Shown: positions 11,119 to 21,374 of the stretch, in pieces | Position numbering within the stretch: position 1 is the stretch's first letter | Layout of the letters: every line of letters begins with the position of its first letter | Source: Octopus bimaculoides | Lineage: Eukaryota | DNA length: 36,093 bases | Direction of reading: 5' to 3' | Assembly (NCBI RefSeq): GCF_001194135.2 | Contig: NC_068984.1 | Location: 125,663,108 to 125,699,200 of the forward strand | Notes under the pieces: model-generated | The model's database searches: none | Told to the model about the DNA's origin: nothing | Seen by the model: only the letters and a program-made list of their open reading frames with translations | Translations under genes and position numbers: made by a program

Positions 11119-11509
11119 ATGGAGGCGCAATGACCCAGTAGTTAGGGCAGCGGACTCGTGGTCATAGGATCGCGGTTTCGATTCCCGGACCGGGCATCGT
11201 GAGTGTTTACTGAGCGAAAACACCTAAAGCTCCACGAGGCTCCGGCAGGGGATGGTGACGAACCCTGCTGTACTGTACCACCACAACTTTCTCTCACTCT
11301 TACTTCCTGTTTCTGTTGTGCCTGTAATTCAAAGGGTCAGCCTTGTCACACTGTGTCACGCTGAATATCCCCGAGAACTACGTTTCGGGTACACGTGTCT
11401 GTGGAGTGCTCAGCCACTTGCACGTTAATTTCATGAACAGGCTGTTCCGTTGATCGGATCAACTAGAATCCTCGACGTCGTAAGCGACGGAGTGCCAACA
11501 ACAACAACA
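11119..11509 (+). mobile_element. Full-length tRNA-derived SINE (C/OR type; possibly one of the Octopus OR families) with 12-bp TSD
   Basis: A box TGACCCAGTAG, B box GGTTTCGATTCC, (CAA)n tail. TSD AAAGATGATTTG at 11107-11118 and 11510-11521. Inserted into an older family-D copy. Confidence 0.95.
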
Positions 11510-11521
11510 AAAGATGATTTG

Positions 11522-12478
11522 GTCTGATTTGACAGAGATTTGACTGCTATTTCTAGACAGGCCGAGTGACCACATAAGGGTTCCCGTGTTGGTTTCGAAT
11601 ATTGTAGTAGTTGTTGCTTGCTGTTGTTGTTACTTGAACCAAAATCAACCCTAACTAAGCAAACCTACGATCAAAAACAATCCAGCTATGACCATCCTGT
11701 TTTTTTCGAGGCTTATATAACTATCTTATTTAATGTGTCCTTGCTTTTTCAAGACAGGAGGCTGTGATTTGAGCAAGACTTAGCAGCTATTTCTAGCAAA
11801 TCGAGCGGTCACATGGGGATTTCTTCACTACGTTGTTATTTGTGCAGTTGCTGTTATTGTTGTTGTTGTTGTTTTTGTTGTTGTTGTTGTTGTTTAGCCT
11901 TAATACAACTCTGATCAAACAATCTTATGCAATAACGTAACTGGCATGGCGGGCAATTTTTTTTTTGGCGGTGACACTTTAGAGTCACCTATATAAGTCC
12001 GTGGAGGCCATGGGGCCCGCAGAAGCATAAACTCAAGGACAGCTCCGGGTTACACACACCACTGGCTATACACCGCTGATCATATAATCAAAGGATTTCC
12101 AATCATGGCCAACCCGTCTTTTTAAGGGGTTATCTAGGATTGATTACACTACCTCATGAATACTGTCCGTATTTAAGATGGCGTGGGTGATCTGAGAGAG
12201 ATTGGGTTACTATTTCAAGCAAGGTGAGCGACCACGTACAAGCTTCCTTGCTGTGATGCTGTTACTTCACAGCCATATTTTTTCATGTTGTTGTGGTTAT
12301 TGTCGTCGTTAGCTCCAAGAAGACCCTCATCAAGCAGATCTATGAAAAAAGCGTTCCAGCTGTGACCATCCTTTCTATATTCTATGTCCAAGAAAGCAAC
12401 ACTTACATTATCCAAGGTGTCCTGAATTTTTTTCTTCTAAACAATGTAGGGCATGTAATTTGAGGGAGATCTTACTCC
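11522..12478 (-). mobile_element. Tandem cluster of about four family-D repeats
   Basis: Repeated GATTTGA...GATTTG..GCTATTTCTAG and CCAGCT(A/G)TGACCATCC blocks, each preceded on + by (GTT)n (the minus-strand CAA tail). Confidence 0.7.
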
Positions 12479-12791
12479 TACGCAAGTGGCTCCACACACA
12501 CGCAATCACATATATCACAAAAGTGTGTATGTATGAATTTTTATATATTTATAAATTTTCGTGTATATGTATGTATTTATAAATTCTTAGGAGTTTTTTA
12601 TATATCATATAGATGAATGCATCTATGTATATACTTTGTATACCATGGAGAATTTCGCTAATATGGATTGAATGAATATATGCATCGGCCTTTGAATTTG
12701 TAAAAAGAAACAAAGAAAATGCACACTAAGTATAAAAGTAATGGATTTCTTTCTAAAAACAAAGATATATACATACAAATAAATGATTTGC

Positions 12792-12862
12792 GGTGGAATT
12801 AAGAAATATAAAAGTCATTATTATGAGTCAATATAGAAAGTCATACCGGTTTCGTCATTGCT

Positions 12863-12893
<31 letters not shown>

Positions 12894-13432
12894 ACAAATT
12901 ATATATAAGCATATGCATGTATACATACATATATGTACATACCTACATCTACATGTATATATAGATGCATATTCGGGTACAGGACGTTAGAAAATGAACG
13001 GGAGCATAAAAACAAAACGGACTTTGTTTACAGAGAACAGAACGAACACATAGGAAAACAAACAAGCCACTTGGAATTATTCCTTATATATATATTCTTT
13101 TATACGTTTCAGCCCAAAGCCTGTAGCCATGCTGGAGCACCGCCAGTAAAAGACACCGAATTCATGTTCACTCGTTTAACAGAACGCAGTTTCAACCAAC
13201 GGACCGCTGGGTTATGGACCCAGCGCGCTTCCACTGTACCATCCGATTACCAATATATGGGCGCAGGCATGGCTGTGCAGAGGTGCAAGTACGGTTGTTT
13301 GTTAAGAAGCTTGCTTCCCAACCATATGGTTCCAGGTTCAGTCCCACTGCATGACACCTTGCGCAAGTGTCTTCTACTAAAGCCTTGGGCCGACCAAAAC
13401 CTTTTAAGTGGATTTGATAGACGGAAACTGAA
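12792..13432 (+). repeat. Local duplication, copy 1
   Basis: 12792-12880 matches 14340-14430, and 13095-13432 matches 14812-15149 at roughly 95% by eye. Confidence 0.9.
13177..13248 (-). pseudogene. tRNA-iMet(CAT) pseudogene, copy 1
   Basis: 72 nt: AATCGGA TG GTAC AGTGGAA GCGC G CTGGG TCCATAA CCCAG CGGTC CGTTG GTTGAAA CTGCG TTCTGTT A. Collinear with metazoan initiator tRNA: perfect anticodon stem, CAT anticodon, A1:U72. Mismatches in the acceptor, D and T stems. Confidence 0.88.
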
Positions 13433-13695
13433 AGAAGCTCACCGTATATATATGTATATACATATGTGTGCGTATGTGTGTGTGTGTGGGTGCGTGTGTG
13501 TGTGTGTCTGTGTTTGTGTATCTGTGTCTGTGTTTGTCACCTGCCACCGCTCGACAACCAGAGTAGATATGTACACGTCCACGTAACTTAGCTGTTCGAC
13601 AAAATAGACAGATAGAATAAAAAAAAATAATGAATACTGAAGTCGAGTAATTGGACAAAAATCTTTGAAAGTGATGCCCCAGCATGGCCGAAATG
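13259..13695 (+). mobile_element. SINE family A, near full length, with an insertion in the head
   Basis: GGGCGCAGGCATGGCTGTG..GGTTCAGTCCCACTGC..GACGGAAACTGAAAGAAG..internal microsatellite..CCAGCATGGCCG. Confidence 0.9.
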
Positions 13696-14339
13696 CACAT
13701 AGTTTCACATACATACTTTCTACACAAACATACATATATATGTCCACATATATACAAATACACACATGTTATGCACACACGCACGTGCGCTCATAGACGC
13801 AAAACATGCACACTTGTTAGGTTAGTTGTGATACTTTTACTAAGTTGACTGATTTGAATATCAGCTGTCTGTGCATAGACACCGTCAACCAATTTGTCAG
13901 TCTGGCTGCCTATCTTTTTATCTGTCCATCTGTTTTTGTGTCTATCTGTTTGCCTATCTGTCTGTCTAACGCCGTGGGAGAGCGCGCGCACACGCGTGTG
14001 GTGTGTGTGTGTCTGTCTGTATCTGTGTGAGTGTGTATGACTATGGGTTAACGATACTGTTCAACAATACTTTATAGATATCACCCTGCAATGTGTAGGC
14101 ACACATACACAGCAGAAAGCTACTAATACAACCTATTACAGCCGATCAACTATCAATCCTGTACGTGGTCGCTCGATCTGCTAAAATAAACAGTCAAATC
14201 TCCTCAAAATGACGAGGCTTTGCCGTCTAAAGAAAAAGCATGAACTTATTCCACAATTGGGAAATAACAGTTAAAGTAAGATAAAATAAAATAAGATAAA
14301 ATAAAATAAAATAAAATGAGATGAGATGAAATGAATTGA

Positions 14340-14410
14340 GGTGGAATTAAGAAATATAAAAATAATTATAATGAGTCAATATAGAAAGTCATACCGGTTT
14401 CGTCATCACT

Positions 14411-14446
<36 letters not shown>

Positions 14447-15149
14447 NNNNNNNNNNNNNNNNNNNNNNNNNNNNNNNNNNNNNNNNNNNNNNNNNNNNNN
14501 NNNNNNNNNNNNNNNNNNNNNNNNNNNNNNNNNNNNNNNNNNNNNNNNNNNNNNNNNNNNNNNNNNNNNNNNNNNNNNNNNNNNNNNNNNNNNNNNNNNN
14601 NNNNNNNNNNNNNNNNNNNNNNNNNNNNNNNNNNNNNNNNNNNNNNNNNNNNNNNNNNNNNNNNNNNNNNNNNNNNNNNNNNNNNNNNNNNNNNNNNNNN
14701 NNNNNNNNNNNNNNNNNNNNNNNNNNNNNNNNNNNNNNNNNNNNNNNNNNNNNNNNNNNNNNNNNNNNNNNNNNNNNNNNNNNNNNNNNNNNNATATATA
14801 CATATATATTTTTTTATACGTTTCAGCCCAAAGCCTGTAGCCATGCTAGAACACCGCCAGTAAAAGAGACCGAATTCATGTTCACTTGTTTAACAGAACG
14901 CAGTTTCAATCAACGGACCGCTGGGTTATGGACCCAGCACGCTTCCACTGTACCATCCGATTACCAATATATGGGCGCAGGCATGGCTGTGCAGAGGTGC
15001 AAGTACGGTTGTTTGCTAAGAAGCTTGCTTCCCAATCATACGGTTCTAGGTTCAGTCCCACTGCATGACACCTTGCGCAAGTGACTTCTACTAAAGCCTT
15101 GGGCCGCCGACCAAAGCCTTCTAAGTGGATTTGATAGACGGAAACTGAA
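14340..15149 (+). repeat. Local duplication, copy 2 (contains gap 14447-14793; ends inside the family-A SINE)
   Basis: Shares unique sequence, the tRNA pseudogene and the private SINE-head insertion with copy 1. Confidence 0.9.
14891..14962 (-). pseudogene. tRNA-iMet(CAT) pseudogene, copy 2
   Basis: As copy 1, but retains D-arm GCGT and T-loop ATTGAAA (A54 and A60, the eukaryotic initiator signature). Confidence 0.88.
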
Positions 15150-15165
15150 GATAGGATGATGATTA

Positions 15166-15308
15166 AAGGCGGCGAGCTGTCAGAAACGTTAGCACGCCGG
15201 GCAAAATGCAGACTTACAAAGAATAGTACTGGGCTCGATTCGTTCGACTAAATCCTGCGAGGCTCTACCCCGGCATGGCCACAGCCTAATGACTGAAACA
15301 TATAAGAG
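15166..15308 (+). mobile_element. Chimeric SINE: family-B head fused to family-A tail
   Basis: AAGGCGGCGAGCTGTCAGAAACGTTAGCACGCCGGGCAAAATGC joined directly to AGACTTACAAAGAATAGTACTGGG..GCATGGCCACAG..AATGACTGAAACA. Confidence 0.75.
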
Positions 15309-15473
15309 ACAGATGATAAAACATAAACATCACTAAGTGCGTGATATAAATTCAATATAATTTCTTGGCTGGCTTATTACATCGATTTTGTTAGTACCTG
15401 CCTTGTTACAACGTTTAACGTGCTTATTTTCTATAATCGATATAAAACTAACACCGTTTTATAGCTTCTTGTA

Positions 15474-15693
15474 ATATTAGTTTCAAATGTTGGCACAAGG
15501 CCAGTAATTTCCAGTGAGGGTGGGGGAAGTTGATCACATCGACCCCAGTGTCCAACTGATTCTTATTTTATCGACCCCGAAAGGATGAAACGCAAAGTTG
15601 ACCTCTTAATTTGAATTCAGAACGTAAAGACGGACGAAATGCCACTAAGCATTTTGCCAGACGTACAAACAAGTCTGTCAGCTTGCCGCCTCA
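15474..15693 (-). mobile_element. SINE family B, full length
   Basis: Same head and tail motifs as 1856-2075. Confidence 0.9.
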
Positions 15694-15887
15694 AATAAAT
15701 TTCTAATAACCATCATGTGCTAAGGAAACACGAACCTGTGTTGCAGCGCATTAAACAGCTTAATGCGCTCGGCCCTGCCACCTTGGCAAGCAGTGGCCAC
15801 CTGTTGTAATATTGTAATATCAACCTCGTAATATTGTAATATCACCCTCGTTTCAATAAAACAAATTATTAGAGTAAAGTCATCAGG

Positions 15888-16037
15888 ATAGTGGGTTAGC
15901 AGAATCATTAGATCCGCGGATACTTTGCAGTTATTTATTCCGGCTCTTTACGTTGTAAGATCAGATCCGACCGAGGTCTTTTTCGCCTTTCATCCTTTTG
16001 GGGTCGATAAATCAAAATACTAGTGAAATACTGGAGC
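15888..16037 (+). mobile_element. Diverged SINE family B
   Basis: TAGCAGAATCATTAG..CCGAGGTC..GCCTTTCATCCTTTTGGGGTCGATAAA. Confidence 0.75.
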
Positions 16038-16214
16038 TGTTACAAACGGTTATTGACTTCGCCCGGATTTAATTCCTTTAACCCTAGAAAAGAAATTGTT
16101 ACTGCAAAAGTAACGGAATCCCCACAGCATGAAAACAGAACTACGCATCACTTACCAAATATTACCTTCACCTCTTGGTTTCATCAGTACACTATTATTG
16201 GGGGTCTTTAAAAT

Positions 16215-16429
16215 GGTTTTAAATTCTAGTACAAGCCTAAAATCCTAAATTGAGTGGTTAGTCTATTACATCGAGCCTAGTACTTCACTCGTATTATATC
16301 TTATCGACCTCAAAAGGGCAAATGGTAAAGTCGACATGGGCGGAATTTGAGCTGAGAACGTAAAGCCAGAAAAAAATGCCGTTAAGCATTTTGTTCGATG
16401 TGCTACCGATTCTGCCAGCTCACCGCATA
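16215..16429 (-). mobile_element. Diverged SINE family B (followed by another B-tail fragment to ~16490)
   Basis: AAAGTCGAC..GCGGAATTTGAGCTGAGAACGTAAAG..GATTCTGCCAGCTCACCGC on +. Confidence 0.8.
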
Positions 16430-16817
16430 AGGCCAGCAACTTTGACAGGTGTGGGTAGCAGTTGATATAGAACCCAGAACTTGGCTTATTTTAGAAACCG
16501 CTGAAGCCGATTGAATAAGTAGCAGACTTAGAATAGTACTGGGCTAACCGTCAATAGTTTAACGGCCAATAGAATAACCGCGTATGTAAACATGGCTACC
16601 TTGTACACAGGTCGTTCAATTAGTGTAGGCTACACCTAACTATATCTAACTTCCGGAGCAGAAGGTTAAAATGTCAAAGCATACAAGAGAAATTAGAGCG
16701 GGGTAAAATTAATTTAATCAAAAAATCTTTACCTGTTCCTTCAGAAGCATCAGCGTAAACTATTCTTCCAGAGACAGATGATAGGATCAATCGTTTAATC
16801 CTGTCTTTTGTTTTTAT

Positions 16818-17052
16818 CTTTTACTCGTTTCGATCTTTGGACAGCGGCCATGTTAGAGTAGCACCTTGAAGGGTTTAATCAAACAAATTGACACCTCATC
16901 TCAGTATTTATTCTTTGTAAGCCTAGTACTTATTCTATCGGTCTCTTTTGCCGAACCGCTAAGTTACGGGCACGTAAACACACACACACCAACATATGTT
17001 GTCAAGCGATGGTAGCGAGAACAAACATAGACACACAAGCATATACATACAT

Positions 17053-17095
<43 letters not shown>

Positions 17096-17270
17096 CATAT
17101 GTATATATATACGACGAGCTTCTTTCAGTTTCCGTCAATCAAATCCACTCAAAAAGTTTTGGTTGGCCCGAGGCTATAGTAGAAAACACTTCCTGAAGGT
17201 GCCGCGCTGCGAGACTGAACCCGGAACCATGTGGTTGGTAAGCAAGCTACTTATAATACAGCCACTCCTG
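16818..17270 (-). mobile_element. SINE family A, full length (a further A fragment follows at ~17275-17400)
   Basis: All family-A blocks are present in reverse, including the internal (CA)/(TA) microsatellite. Confidence 0.92.
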
Positions 17271-17598
17271 GAAATTATTCTATCGGATCTCTTTTGCTAA
17301 CGGTTAGAGTGCCGGCATGTAAGCAAATGAACACCAGTTATCAACGGTGGTTGGGACAAGTTCAAACACACAGACATACTTACATACAAAGACATACACA
17401 CAAATATATACACAGGATAAATTATTTTCTTTTTTTAATTATTATTTTTTTTTATCTGAAACCAAGAGATCCGGTGGTGTGAAGAATCTCTCAACAACGA
17501 GCTGCAATTCGCATGTTTAAAATCTTCGCCAATCCAGAATTATTTTCAGTGAGTATCAGTGAGTGGTTTTACATGGCAGAGGTAACTCGTGTTTTGTT

Positions 17599-17659
<61 letters not shown>

Positions 17660-17975
17660 CTTTATACAGTATGTCTTCTGTTATGCTGTTTTGGCGATTA
17701 TGCCAAGTTGTCGAGGATTTGGATGGTGCACAGGTGTTAAGTCTTTGAAATTATTTAATCATTTTATAGCAAAACACAATAAACAAAAAAAAAAAAGGAA
17801 GTTGTTTACTTCTTTAGCAAACTTGTGTCAAGCATGCTATTTGTAGAATCTCTTGTTCTGCTATAGCTTCTCTAGAATATTTAAATCTCAGATATCTGCA
17901 CACATATATACATACATACATGCGTTCGTACATACATACATACATACATTCATACATACATACATACATACAATG

Positions 17976-18300
17976 TGAAGGCGCGTGGTTTAGTGGTTAG
18001 AGGCATTCGGCTCATGATCGTAAGGTCGTGAGTTCAATTCCCGGCAGCGCGTTGTGTCCTTGAGCAAGACACTTTATTTCACGTTGCTCCAGTCCACTCA
18101 GCTGGCAAAAATAAGTAGTACCTGTATTTCAAAGGGCCAGCCTTGTCACACTCTGTGTCACGCTGAATCTCCCCGAGAACTACGTTAAGGGTACACGCGT
18201 CTGTGGAAGGCTCAGCCACTTGCACGTTAATTTCACGAGCGAGCTGTTCTGTTGATCGTATCAACTGGGACCTTCGTCGTCGCAACCGACGGAGTGCTCC
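17976..18300 (+). mobile_element. CORE-type tRNA SINE (family C) inserted in (TACA)n
   Basis: A box TGGTTTAGTGG, B box GAGTTCAATTCC, CORE-like CCTTGAGCAAGACACTT, and a 3' tail shared with 11119-11509 from CAAAGGG.CAGCCTTGTCACAC onward. An extra head fragment lies at 18349-18405. Confidence 0.92.
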
Positions 18301-18419
18301 TACATACATACATACATACATACATACGTGTGTGTGTGTGTGTGTGTAAGCGCGTGGCTTAGTGGTTAGGATATTCTACTCACGATCGAAAGGGCATGAG
18401 TCCTATCTGTAATTGTGTT

Positions 18420-19279
18420 GAAAGTCGGGATATTAGTATTTTAGTTAGTGTTAGTATGATCCGTTGGGTTTTCGTTATGGTCTAAAGTATTGGGTTTGAT
18501 ATTGGAGCTGTGTATATGTTGGGCGCATTCAGAGTTGTTTCAGTGTATATTTTAAGAATAGAGAGAAAGCTTTTGTCTATTAGACAGATTCAAAGTTGAG
18601 CGGAGAGGAGTAGGATAGCTTTAAAGTAGATCTATTAAAAATAGAGCAATATTTATGTTAACGAAAGAAGTTGCTGTCTAGTAAATTAAAAAAGGATTTG
18701 GCTAAGTTCCTAACATTTAGTGAGAAGGGAGGTGTATACCAGAGAATAGAGCGTCCACCGCATTTTGGGGGGGGAGGGGTGCTTAGAGATAATATAATCT
18801 ATATTTTTATAAATTAGAGGGGGTTATATGGCCCGTTATTGTTAGCTGTTTTAGCTTTTGACCTAGTGTTATGTGTGTGCGTGGGAGGGGCCTAAGTAGT
18901 CTTAATCTGGGTTCTCCCGGGGTTCTAGTATAGCGTATATATGGTCTGTTGTGATTATGATGTCGTTGTGATATGGCTTGAGATATATGTTGTTTGAGCC
19001 TAGTATTAGAGATGTATTTTATTTGTTGGGAGAAGCCGCTGGAAGCGAGCGCTTGGTTGTAATATGAGGCGTGGTTATTGAAGGGGAGATAACAAACGGT
19101 GATCGAAGAACGAGGGGCTGTGTGTGTGGGAGATAGAATGCTGGTGATCTTGACGTATGTAGTGTGAAAATGGGGAAGGGAGAAAGGAGTTGGTCAGTTG
19201 TAGTGTGTGCGTGGTGTGATGCGAGGGTATTGGTGTGATGTGATGTGAGGGTGTTGGGAGGTGGGGAAGTCATGGGTGG
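18420..19279 (-). mobile_element. Penelope-like element remnant 1 (RT thumb to linker region)
   Basis: Minus-strand peptides FNNHASYYNQALASSGFSQQIKY and GRSILWYTPPFSLNVRNLAKSFFNLLD..HKYCSIFNRSTLKLSYSS match the PLE linker pattern YxxALxxSGY / IIWFNPPFS..IFNRxTxKLSYS. Stops present. Confidence 0.75.
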
Positions 19280-19885
19280 NNNNNNNNNNNNNNNNNNNNN
19301 NNNNNNNNNNNNNNNNNNNNNNNNNNNNNNNNNNNNNNNNNNNNNNNNNNNNNNNNNNNNNNNNNNNNNNNNNNNNNNNNNNNNNNNNNNNNNNNNNNNN
19401 NNNNNNNNNNNNNNNNNNNNNNNNNNNNNNNNNNNNNNNNNNNNNNNNNNNNNNNNNNNNNNNNNNNNNNNNNNNNNNNNNNNNNNNNNNNNNNNNNNNN
19501 NNNNNNNNNNNNNNNNNNNNNNNNNNNNNNNNNNNNNNNNNNNNNNNNNNNNNNNNNNNNNNNNNNNNNNNNNNNNNNNNNNNNNNNNNNNNNNNNNNNN
19601 NNNNNNNNNNNNNNNNNNNNNNNNNNNNNNNNNNNNNNNNNNNNNNNNNNNNNNNNNNNNNNNNNNNNNNNNNNNNNNNNNNNNNNNNNNNNNNNNNNNN
19701 NNNNNNNNNNNNNNNNNNNNNNNNNNNNNNNNNNNNNNNNNNNNNNNNNNNNNNNNNNNNNNNNNNNNNNNNNNNNNNNNNNNNNNNNNNNNNNNNNNNN
19801 NNNNNNNNNNNNNNNNNNNNNNNNNNNNNNNNNNNNNNNNNNNNNNNNNNNNNNNNNNNNNNNNNNNNNNNNNNNNNNNNNNNNN

Positions 19886-20060
19886 GGAGAGTAAGAGAGA
19901 GGAGAGTAAGAGAGAGGAGAGTAAGAGAGAGGAGAGTAAGAGAGAGGAGAGTAAGAGAGAGGAGAGTAAGAGAGAGGAGAGTAAGAGAGGGGAGAGTAAG
20001 AGAGAGGAGAGTAAGAGTAGGGGTGAAGAGAAGTGGGAGTGAAGAGAAGTAGGAGTGAAG
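19886..20060. repeat. 15-bp minisatellite GGAGAGTAAGAGAGA (~8 units, then decaying) between two gaps
   Basis: Directly visible. Confidence 0.92.
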
Positions 20061-20876
20061 AGAGGTGAAGAGACGTACAAAGGAGTAGGAGTCGGAGCAG
20101 GAGGGGAGGGGAGGGGGAGGGGGAGAGATGGGTGGTAGNNNNNNNNNNNNNNNNNNNNNNNNNNNNNNNNNNNNNNNNNNNNNNNNNNNNNNNNNNNNNN
20201 NNNNNNNNNNNNNNNNNNNNNNNNNNNNNNNNNNNNNNNNNNNNNNNNNNNNNNNNNNNNNNNNNNNNNNNNNNNNNNNNNNNNNNNNNNNNNNNNNNNN
20301 NNNNNNNNNNNNNNNNNNNNNNNNNNNNNNNNNNNNNNNNNNNNNNNNNNNNNNNNNNNNNNNNNNNNNNNNNNNNNNNNNNNNNNNNNNNNNNNNNNNN
20401 NNNNNNNNNNNNNNNNNNNNNNNNNNNNNNNNNNNNNNNNNNNNNNNNNNNNNNNNNNNNNNNNNNNNNNNNNNNNNNNNNNNNNNNNNNNNNNNNNNNN
20501 NNNNNNNNNNNNNNNNNNNNNNNNNNNNNNNNNNNNNNNNNNNNNNNNNNNNNNNNNNNNNNNNNNNNNNNNNNNNNNNNNNNNNNNNNNNNNNNNNNNN
20601 NNNNNNNNNNNNNNNNNNNNNNNNNNNNNNNNNNNNNNNNNNNNNNNNNNNNNNNNNNNNNNNNNNNNNNNNNNNNNNNNNNNNNNNNNNNNNNNNNNNN
20701 NNNNNNNNNNNNNNNNNNNNNNNNNNNNNNNNNNNNNNNNNNNNNNNNNNNNNNNNNNNNNNNNNNNNNNNNNNNNNNNNNNNNNNNNNNNNNNNNNNNN
20801 NNNNNNNNNNNNNNNNNNNNNNNNNNNNNNNNNNNNNNNNNNNNNNNNNNNNNNNNNNNNNNNNNNNNNNNNNNNN

Positions 20877-21082
20877 CACGGTCCACAGAACGTGCTCTGG
20901 CAAGGGCGGTGTGGATGGTGGTGAGTGGATATCCACGCAGGCTAAAGTGGTGAGCCATGAGTTGAGACTGAGTCTCAAAGTCATGGCTGTCGCTACAAAG
21001 TCTGCGTAGACGGAGGAATTGGGAATAGGGGATGGAAAGTTTTGTGTGTCTAGGGTGGGAGGAGGAGAAGTTGAGATAGGAG

Positions 21083-21086
<4 letters not shown>
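20877..21086 (-). mobile_element. Penelope-like element remnant 2 (RT thumb), uninterrupted frame
   Basis: HSYLNFSSSHPRHTKLSIPYSQFLRLRRLCSDSHDFETQSQLMAHHFSLRGYPLTTIHTALARA matches the PLE motif HPxHxKxSIPYSQxLRxRRxCS..F..RGYP. Confidence 0.85.
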
Positions 21087-21139
<53 letters not shown>

Positions 21140-21374
21140 TGCAATTATGCGAGTAAACTAATTATATATATTAAACATAGCGGTTTGGGTATACAATGCA
21201 ACATATGTATATATGTATACATGCAAAACGAAAGAAAGCAAATAGTGAAGACTTTCAGACGATAAATATGCTATTTAAGTATCAATATAGAGATACTTAT
21301 ATTAATAGATCCAACTTAAACAGAGTATAAACGAAGAGAATTTTATAGGAAAGAAAGAAAAGTGTCATAAGCCC

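Noticed and set aside
11121-11195. SINE heads called as functional tRNA genes (also 17978, 21892, 25421, 30731)
   Set aside because: They are A/B-box heads continuing into multicopy SINE bodies, not stand-alone tRNA cloverleaves.
15845-15890. CTGATGA ... GAAAC on the minus strand as a hammerhead; other CTGATGA hits at ~16160, ~22637, ~25162 and ~35657
   Set aside because: No stem II closes between the boxes, or no GAAA follows.
19019-21144. Very long ORFs (up to 624 aa) spanning N runs, and similar ones at 5-7 kb, 14 kb, 24 kb, 29 kb and 32-35 kb
   Set aside because: Their length comes from X residues in gaps. Only the short PLE peptide at 20877-21086 is meaningful.
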